Virus record (IMG/VR): IMGVR_UViG_3300009182_004229
Coordinates: 1-60,769 of that record
DNA: 60,769 nucleotides
Reading direction: 5' to 3' (one strand)
Source of the DNA: a virus
Taxonomy: Duplodnaviria; Caudoviricetes
Under the pieces are notes generated by a model. It worked only from the letters and a program-made list of their open reading frames with translations. It was not told where the DNA came from and made no database searches. Position 1 is the first letter of the stretch; every line of letters starts with the position of its first letter. Shown in pieces: positions 55,201-60,769 of this stretch. Made by a program: the position numbers and the translations under genes.

Positions 55201-57654
55201 ATCCAGGAGCTCAAGGATGGCAGCGGTGATCCCCATGCGCTGGGACAGATAGCTGAGATGATCGCACGCATCGGCATACCCATGCCCAATCACAAGATAT
55301 CTGCTATCCTAGACAGCAAGAGCCTGTTGATCAACAGGCTGGTCAGCAAGGACCTTCGGTATTCGTCTCTGCTGCAGGTGGTGCAGTCACTGGGGGCCAT
55401 GGAACATTGGGGACTGCACTATTATCTGGAAGATTTCGTTGACGTGGAAGATGACAAGGCAGAAGTGATACGCAGCCTGCTCAAGCTCTACAAGAGTGGG
55501 CGGGGCAGCGACGTGTCAGAGATAATCGATAGGCTGCGGCGCGAGGGCCACGAATGGCCAGAGTTTGCCAGCTTTGACAAGAGCATGGGTGCTGGCAAGC
55601 TCACCGAGACTCGTGATGCTGCTTTGAAATGGCTCAAGAGCTATCTGCCTGCATGGCCCGATTATGTGGTGCGTGATTGGATGTACAATCATTTCAGAGG
55701 CGAGTGGGCTGCCAGCGGCGATGATCCCAAGACTGTGATACAACGCACCCTGGATGGTGAGGGCATGACTCCACAGACGCGTTGGAAGTTCGTGCCAGAT
55801 TTCCATTTCACGTTTGATAGCCTGGATCCAGACACGGTGCGCCGCATCAAGGAGAGACAAGGCGGCACTGTAAATCCCTATGGTATTCCCAAGGATGCTG
55901 AACGCCATGCCACTCAAGCCACGCTGGCAGCACAGCAAGGCGGTGTCAGGGATGAACCCGTGATACTCAAGAAGGTAGGCGATCAGTATGAGCTGATAGA
56001 AGGCTGGCACAGGACCATACAGCACTTCAAGCAGTTCCCAGATGGTTACAAGGGTCCTGCGTGGATCGCGCTGGATGCCAAACCAGTCAATGAAGAAGAA
56101 CAAGACAAGCAAATCACATGGACCAAACCAAACCTTGATTTTGAGTGGGAAGAGATACCGTTCCAATCCAAGGCTGCCGGCGTGCCTAACGAAGTACGGC
56201 AGTATCTACAGCAGCATTTCCCTGACAAGGCTACTTGGCTACGCACAGCACAACAGGGAAGGGTGGTCACGATTCCCGCAGATCACTCACTTGACATAGA
56301 GAACTCTCCACATGATGAAGCATCATTGATGCATGCTCTGAGATCAGACCAAGACCCAGGCGGACCTGGCAAGGCGGCCAGAGCTGAACAAGCCTTCCGT
56401 GAACGATCCGTGGAGATGCCAATCATCCTCAACACAGGCGATAGGCTGTGGTTGATCGGTGGCAAGACACGCTTGGGATATGCCAATTACATCCTCAAGA
56501 TTCCAGCCAAGGTATGGATGATAGGTGACAACCTCAGCGAAAACTTCGCAGATGGCAAAGGCAAGATAACTCTCTACACAGATCCAAATTACTATGGTGC
56601 CGAGGTAGACGATTCAGCGGGCAAAGGCAAGCCGGTTATACAGGTACCATTGTCAAAACTCGTGGGATTTGAACCAGACGAGAAGATGAAAAGCGCCAAG
56701 AGCAGTGCTAACATGGAAAAAATGGTCAAGCTGATCAAGTCAGGCAAAGGCAGCGACCTGCCTCCAATATTGGTCAGGCGATATGAGGGCGGTTATCAAG
56801 TGCTTGACGGGCATCACAGATATCACGCTTACACCGCAGCCGGTGCCAAGACTATCCCTGCCAAGCTGATACCAGCTGATGAGATCAAGATCATAGACAA
56901 AGCTACAATCAACGAAAACTTCGCAGACGGCAAGGGTCCGGGTCGCAAGGGTGACAGTGGTCGTCACGGTATTCCAAAGCATGCTACCATAGCACAGCTG
57001 GAAAAAGCCGCAAAGGCATCAGGTCGCAAAGGCCAGCTAGCACGCTGGCAGTTAAACATGCGCCGTGGTCGTGCCAAGGCACACGAGTCTGAAGAACCAA
57101 TGACTGCTGATCAATGGCAGGCTCTGCGCAAGGAAGATCCTCGCAGCTATCTGGGTATCAAGGACTATCGCAATCGCAAGTGGTGGGAGAGCCATTTCAA
57201 GGCAGCCATGGCACAGGCCAGGGTCAAGGGAGAACCACGCTTTGAGTTCCCTCCTGGCACCAACATGTGGTACATGGTCACCAAGAACCCGCTGGAAGAA
57301 GGCAGTCCCCCGCATGGCACGCCTGAGAACGAGCTGGCCATGATGAAGGCACGCACCAAGCCTGCTGTGACCTTCCTCGACATGGGCCAGTACGAAGAGA
57401 TGTACGAACCCAACATGGAACTCTATGGTTGGATCAAGCAGAAATGGCGCTTGCCCAACATGGATGTCGGCTACTATGTGATAGGACAGCCTGGGCAGGA
57501 AGCCAGAGTCAAGCGCATAGGCCAGCTGATCTATGACATGAACAAGAATGGCCAGAACCCCACCGCAGACTATCACCGAGAGCTGGGACGACTGCTGGGC
57601 TACAGCGAAGCAGACATCAACGGTTTCCTCAAGGATCTCGAGCAGCAGAATTGA
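52279..57654 (+). CDS. 1791-aa modular late protein (putative head polyprotein) with GNAT-like, peptidoglycan-binding-like and ParB/Srx-like modules
   Basis: RQGVGS..LVKFYRRSGF; LDIDGILGPLT; LIEGWHR, LIGGKTR, VLDGHHR; junctions VME, LHE, LEE, LSE, LTE, VNE, INE. Confidence 0.8.
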   Translation: MRIDDVNTEAIQLTPRSEKARAWIDRVYALYPQTWQHNHVMVLGGEGDDQQFAMFELEPSLSKRDAVEVKWFQAYPLRQGVGSRAMRTLQDLAQQDGITLTLYPWNKGQVSQGNLVKFYRRSGFRPTAKGAKTMAWEPSVMEAKLTNRDPVERWIAVFKASTHPKFKGKSSAEREKMARMAQYRAVQNKKTFENMDHSKDSQAVPELKAALLSRKRLIKSKSGDKDAVYDIINGLMTSIAKAHGISGQKLHDMWVDQYDEIPDTWILHEHRGVPAEAMLAKQHGVGVAKIKQLLAQGIKHELAQATDRAAAREMALEKLQHDLGHYDLLEEAANMTTAALRNRLNKLMAEDQAYADATQRAPWQEGVWRFITANKAQIFSDLGDSGNGDYPSAPFAAWLLVQHMDAHPERQAAFYKLLKSAIPNHPKLQFLRDRAAVNQWIMQHYQEPQFHRDGKPLANPTSDVRDHRLFKDAGIKAASRQEALDNAVAAGNKLLVAAVEATGAKTQPSYTQQTKESMEEAAIDTTEYGGWITPDKQIEYVDTHDHAAHVARHHNLDYNEAFLDGFLRFANHSRTNTFSVEGMLPVLRKTYRMWAPTALAADRVYVDIYKWQDHMANQGLTPHMMFRPQDGDKPQIINSFGPQSAQLSEGTKRKAKTLIDGMIKSLIKQGRTRDEAISDLKKQVDSRFYEAIDLLANGDILEENLRDWFKQKWVRFGPDGKIKGDCARGSSKEGKPKCLPQAKAHALGKKKRATAARRKRREDPNANRKGKAKNVRTKESIAENSALRSATMRVQRMLNDRFGANLDIDGILGPLTLASINQFMPAAGFGPADDPSRTTAVQGGELKTESCPHCGGVMYEASQMMEKKDACYYKVKSRYKVWPSAYASGALVQCRKKGAKNWGKHKAEEALREDEDYHSEIKMNQLIDNVTHMLDHGQAYDALETMESWDATVDSDPRLSALWDQNMDQLANMFIQELKDGSGDPHALGQIAEMIARIGIPMPNHKISAILDSKSLLINRLVSKDLRYSSLLQVVQSLGAMEHWGLHYYLEDFVDVEDDKAEVIRSLLKLYKSGRGSDVSEIIDRLRREGHEWPEFASFDKSMGAGKLTETRDAALKWLKSYLPAWPDYVVRDWMYNHFRGEWAASGDDPKTVIQRTLDGEGMTPQTRWKFVPDFHFTFDSLDPDTVRRIKERQGGTVNPYGIPKDAERHATQATLAAQQGGVRDEPVILKKVGDQYELIEGWHRTIQHFKQFPDGYKGPAWIALDAKPVNEEEQDKQITWTKPNLDFEWEEIPFQSKAAGVPNEVRQYLQQHFPDKATWLRTAQQGRVVTIPADHSLDIENSPHDEASLMHALRSDQDPGGPGKAARAEQAFRERSVEMPIILNTGDRLWLIGGKTRLGYANYILKIPAKVWMIGDNLSENFADGKGKITLYTDPNYYGAEVDDSAGKGKPVIQVPLSKLVGFEPDEKMKSAKSSANMEKMVKLIKSGKGSDLPPILVRRYEGGYQVLDGHHRYHAYTAAGAKTIPAKLIPADEIKIIDKATINENFADGKGPGRKGDSGRHGIPKHATIAQLEKAAKASGRKGQLARWQLNMRRGRAKAHESEEPMTADQWQALRKEDPRSYLGIKDYRNRKWWESHFKAAMAQARVKGEPRFEFPPGTNMWYMVTKNPLEEGSPPHGTPENELAMMKARTKPAVTFLDMGQYEEMYEPNMELYGWIKQKWRLPNMDVGYYVIGQPGQEARVKRIGQLIYDMNKNGQNPTADYHRELGRLLGYSEADINGFLKDLEQQN

Positions 57655-57679
57655 TCTAATCTTGCTTGCGTGTTAAACT
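57651..57679 (+). promoter_or_regulatory. Sigma70-type promoter (TTGATC-17-TAAACT, extended -10 TG)
   Basis: 5 nt before ATG at 57685. Confidence 0.5.
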
Positions 57680-57684
57680 GCGCC

Positions 57685-58497
57685 ATGACCACAGTGTTAT
57701 TCAGCATACCCGTGCATGAGAGCAACGATACCATACGTGACACCATAGTCAACGTGCGGCGGTTCGCGGGCCAAGAACATCCAATCATGCTGCATGTCAG
57801 TGCCAGCTGGGCTGGGTTTGATGCTAGCATAGGCCAGTTGCCCAACGTCTACGTCAATCCACAGAGATGGTCCACGGCACACGCGCACAGCCAAGTGCCC
57901 ACGCATGTGAGCAGCTTCCTGCAGGCAGAAGGGCTTGGTCTTCGCTTTGATAGGATGGCTATCATGCACACCAGCGAGCTGCTGATACGCCAAGGCATGC
58001 CAGATCACATCAGCGCCTATGACCACAGCGCATGGTTCACGCCAGACACGCAGCCAGTGGATCCACTGTGGCCGCCCATGAACCACGTGCGTCAGCTGGC
58101 ACCGGGATTCCGCAGCTATCTAGGCAACCTCTTGGAAGGCAGCTGGTACAGCCGCAGTCTGTTCCACGACATGTGCGCATGGATCATGCGGCGCTGGAGC
58201 CTAGCTGATCTCATGCTGCCTGTGGCTCTGGAAGAGAGCCTGTTTCCCACGCTGGCCTGGGACCTCACCCAGGGTAGCCCATACAGCCATCCCTACTGTG
58301 CGTTCAAGCATGATCAGCACTTCCTGGCCGATCGCAGCTTCATAGAGGACATATGTGCTGGACGGCCCGTGACCTTCTGGCAGCCACACAACTTCGTCTA
58401 TGACTATGCTCCGTTTCCCAGCCAAGGCATCTTCAGCGTGAAGCGCATCGACCGCCGCTTGGAAGATCCCATGAGGATGATGGTGCGACAGCTGTGA
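57685..58497 (+). CDS. Hypothetical protein, possibly glycosyltransferase-related
   Basis: 270 aa; SIPVHES..IMLHVS..EESLFPT; weak resemblance only. Confidence 0.5.
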   Translation: MTTVLFSIPVHESNDTIRDTIVNVRRFAGQEHPIMLHVSASWAGFDASIGQLPNVYVNPQRWSTAHAHSQVPTHVSSFLQAEGLGLRFDRMAIMHTSELLIRQGMPDHISAYDHSAWFTPDTQPVDPLWPPMNHVRQLAPGFRSYLGNLLEGSWYSRSLFHDMCAWIMRRWSLADLMLPVALEESLFPTLAWDLTQGSPYSHPYCAFKHDQHFLADRSFIEDICAGRPVTFWQPHNFVYDYAPFPSQGIFSVKRIDRRLEDPMRMMVRQL

Positions 58498-58502
58498 TCA
58501 GT

Positions 58503-58508
58503 TAAATA
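58503..58508 (+). promoter_or_regulatory. TAAATA late-promoter-like box
   Basis: 5 nt before ATG at 58514. Confidence 0.65.
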
Positions 58509-58513
58509 TTCAT

Positions 58514-59092
58514 ATGATCACAGAAAGCGCTCCCCTCACACTGGATGGCAGCTTCGCTCGCAGCCTCATGCTCAGCAAGCTATGGCTCTGCAGGCAGCTC
58601 AAGCAGCTGATGCAGGACCAGGACATCTCACGTTTCAACAAGGTATACAATCTGGGCAGCTGGTACGGCAACATGGCTCTGTTCATGTTGGTCAAGCACG
58701 TGCCGTTCAGGGTCATGGTTGATGTTGATCTAGACAGCAGCTATCTGCGCACCAGCCAAAGGCTGCTACCCCGCCTCTACCACAGCGGCAGATTGATCAG
58801 CTTGGCCTGCGATGCCAATCGCTTGGTCTATGACCTACAGCCGCCCAGCTGCGTGATAAACTGCAGCACCAACAACATGCGCAACGCAGGATGGCTGGCA
58901 AACATAGCCACGGGAACCTTGGTGGCGCTGCAGGGACGCAGCCACGAACCACAGAACAGGTTCAACACCGTGCGCAGCCTCAGAGAGTTTGATCAAGAAT
59001 ATCCGCTGTCAGAAACTCTGTTCCTGGGTGAGATACCTCTGCGCGATCCCGATGACAGCTACACGCGGTGGATGAAGATCGGTATAAAGTGA
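58514..59092 (+). CDS. Class I methyltransferase-like protein
   Basis: SKLWL..NLGSWYG..VDVDLD..VINCS..LQG..RWMKIGIK. Confidence 0.65.
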   Translation: MITESAPLTLDGSFARSLMLSKLWLCRQLKQLMQDQDISRFNKVYNLGSWYGNMALFMLVKHVPFRVMVDVDLDSSYLRTSQRLLPRLYHSGRLISLACDANRLVYDLQPPSCVINCSTNNMRNAGWLANIATGTLVALQGRSHEPQNRFNTVRSLREFDQEYPLSETLFLGEIPLRDPDDSYTRWMKIGIK

Positions 59093-59096
59093 CCCA

Positions 59097-59102
59097 TAAA
59101 TA
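59097..59102 (+). promoter_or_regulatory. TAAATA(TC) late-promoter-like box
   Basis: Intergenic, followed by AGGGAG RBS. Confidence 0.65.
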
Positions 59103-59120
59103 TCCGCAGGGAGCTGACTC

Positions 59121-60386
59121 ATGGCGTTGCTGATTGGTGCTGGACAGAGATATGACAGAGTGATAGGCGTGGGCGGTGTCACTACCAGCACCGATGGTTA
59201 TCTCTGGAGCAGTTCAAGCCAGATCACTCAGCCATTCCCACCAAACATGCGAGCCCAGGGTGTGGCAGGCAACAGCACTGGCACGGCATTCGTGGCCATC
59301 AGCAACACTGGTTGGAGCGCCACAAGCACAGATCTGTTAACATGGCAGGCCAACAGGCTGTTGGCGGGCAACTTCTCACCGCTGGGCATCAGCTGGGGCG
59401 AGAACGGCAGCGGTGCGCGGCCACTGTTTGTGCTAGCTGGTTCGCGGATCTACAACGATGACAACACTCTGCCAGGCGAGTACGAGCTGGGCGATCAGAT
59501 CGCACAGATACTGATCAACGAGACTGGCAGCCCCTATGGCTGGGACCAAGCATTTACACATCCATTTGCCAACAGCTGGTTCCACAACGTTCGCTATTTT
59601 GAAAACATCATGGTCGACAGCGTGCCCTGCACCGTGTGGGTAGCAGTAGGACAGGTAAACGGTCAGCCGGACATATGGTTCACTCAAAACGTCAACTGGG
59701 ACGTGAACACAGGTGCTCCTGATATCAACACATGGCAGAGAGTGGCCATCCCTAGTGGCTTGGTTAACCGACCATTGTATGACGTGACTGACTACCAAGG
59801 CACGCTATACTTCAGTGGCCGGGGTGTGGTCATAAACACCTCAGATCTTGGCACACCTGTGTGGCAGAGCAGCCCATTCTTCAGCGCTGTGAGTGATCTC
59901 ATCAATCCAACCAGCAGCATGCTGCTGGGCAGCGTCTATGACAGCAACACCAACACAGTGCTGGGAACCAACTTCTATTACAGCGCCGATCTGCCCGTGA
60001 GCCAGGGCAACCACAGCCTCAGTGATTTCCTTAGCATAGCCAGCAACCCTGACGGCCAACTGGCAGCAGCCAGCAGTGGCGGCTTGATCTACAGCAATGA
60101 TCGCATCGGCTGGACAGCCACAGTGATATCTGGCTATTGGTTCCAGAGCATGATCTGGTTCCAGGACCACTGGGTGGCCGGAGCCTACAGCGATCTCACG
60201 CAATACACCTATTGGACCAGCACGGACGGTGTCACTTGGTTGCCATGGAACAACGGCGTGCAGATCTATGGTCTCTGGGGCAGCGACACCGTGACAGTGA
60301 CTAGCACTGGCAGCAATCTCTTGCTGAGCCAGAGCTCCACGGTGGTCAAGAGCTCACAGCTTGACAACAGTGACCTAGCAGCTTAA
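59121..60386 (+). CDS. Probable virion protein with BNR/beta-propeller-like repeats
   Basis: STDGYLW, STDLLTW, SNDRIGW and STDGVTW repeats. Confidence 0.6.
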   Translation: MALLIGAGQRYDRVIGVGGVTTSTDGYLWSSSSQITQPFPPNMRAQGVAGNSTGTAFVAISNTGWSATSTDLLTWQANRLLAGNFSPLGISWGENGSGARPLFVLAGSRIYNDDNTLPGEYELGDQIAQILINETGSPYGWDQAFTHPFANSWFHNVRYFENIMVDSVPCTVWVAVGQVNGQPDIWFTQNVNWDVNTGAPDINTWQRVAIPSGLVNRPLYDVTDYQGTLYFSGRGVVINTSDLGTPVWQSSPFFSAVSDLINPTSSMLLGSVYDSNTNTVLGTNFYYSADLPVSQGNHSLSDFLSIASNPDGQLAAASSGGLIYSNDRIGWTATVISGYWFQSMIWFQDHWVAGAYSDLTQYTYWTSTDGVTWLPWNNGVQIYGLWGSDTVTVTSTGSNLLLSQSSTVVKSSQLDNSDLAA

Positions 60387-60418
60387 CATAGCTTGACATC
60401 AACCATTTGGAGCAAGAC

Positions 60419-60691
60419 ATGAGCATCGGAACCCTGAGCGAGAGCGACAAGGCCAAGATCAAGGAATTGATTAATCAAGGCGTGGCCATCACGCGCGACG
60501 TGGAAACGCTGAAGGAAGGCCTCCGTGACACGGTAGATGCCGTGGCACAGGAGCTAGAGATCAAGAAGACCACGCTCAACAAGGCCATACGCACTGCCTA
60601 CAAGATGCAGGAAAACCGCGATGCGCTGGCAGAAGGCCGCGAAGAGCTGGACGAAGTCGAAGAGATCCTGCTGATCGCTAACCGCAGCTGA
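60419..60691 (+). CDS. T4 DsbA-like double-stranded DNA-binding protein
   Basis: 90 aa helical; ..LKEGLRDTVDAVAQELEIKKTTLNKAIRTAYK.. Confidence 0.6.
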   Translation: MSIGTLSESDKAKIKELINQGVAITRDVETLKEGLRDTVDAVAQELEIKKTTLNKAIRTAYKMQENRDALAEGREELDEVEEILLIANRS

Positions 60692-60692
60692 C

Positions 60693-60769
60693 ATGAGCAG
60701 CTGGATAGCCATAACCGGTGGATGCGGCTATGTGGGCAGCCACATAGCTGCGGAAATCAGGCGCACCAC
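60693..60769 (+). CDS. NAD-dependent epimerase/dehydratase (GalE-like), 3' truncated
   Basis: MSSWIAITGGCGYVGSHIAAE (TGxxGxxG). Confidence 0.75.
   Translation, partial: MSSWIAITGGCGYVGSHIAAEIRRT

Noticed and set aside
1-60769. Bacterial chromosome interpretation (rpoD, sod, fdxA, decarboxylase present)
   Set aside because: These genes lack their usual cellular neighbours (for example no dnaG beside rpoD) and sit among TAAATA boxes, spanins, holin, phage-type ligase and fibre genes
1-60769. Stop-codon reassignment as in some large phages
   Set aside because: Recognisable proteins are full length in code 11 and end at TAG, TGA and TAA at the expected positions
1-60769. CRISPR array, tRNA, rRNA, intron, intein, reverse transcriptase or transposase
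   Set aside because: None recognised; intergenic gaps are mostly too short and the repeats found are in-frame coding repeats. A covariance search was not possible

Overview
This window looks like part of a large, GC-rich, T4-like (myovirus/jumbo-type) phage genome rather than a bacterial chromosome, and its host is probably an alphaproteobacterium. Evidence: very tight gene packing, about 16 intergenic TAAATA late-promoter-like boxes, an i-spanin/o-spanin/holin cassette, ATP-dependent ligase, a DsbA-like protein, collagen-like fibre genes, and alphaproteobacterial-style FdxA, RpoD, ornithine decarboxylase and HemO/PcyX genes. Two features stand out. (1) An 18 kb translationally coupled operon (12553-30992) holds 9 radical SAM genes (10 domains; an 11th domain is at 39831) plus NDP-sugar dehydrogenase, carbamoyltransferase, SGNH-like and glycosyltransferase-like genes. 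(2) Several late proteins, up to 1791 aa, share an M-[KR]-[IL]-x-D-[LV] N-terminus and consist of unrelated modules joined at [ILVMFT]-x-E motifs; I infer these are protease-processed head polyproteins. Regulatory signals read directly from the sequence include many apparently leaderless promoters, a recurrent TTGACA-N11/12-CATGCTAG promoter, and hairpins covering the ribosome-binding sites of the holin and ornithine decarboxylase genes. All family calls come from motif recognition by eye; no searches were run.
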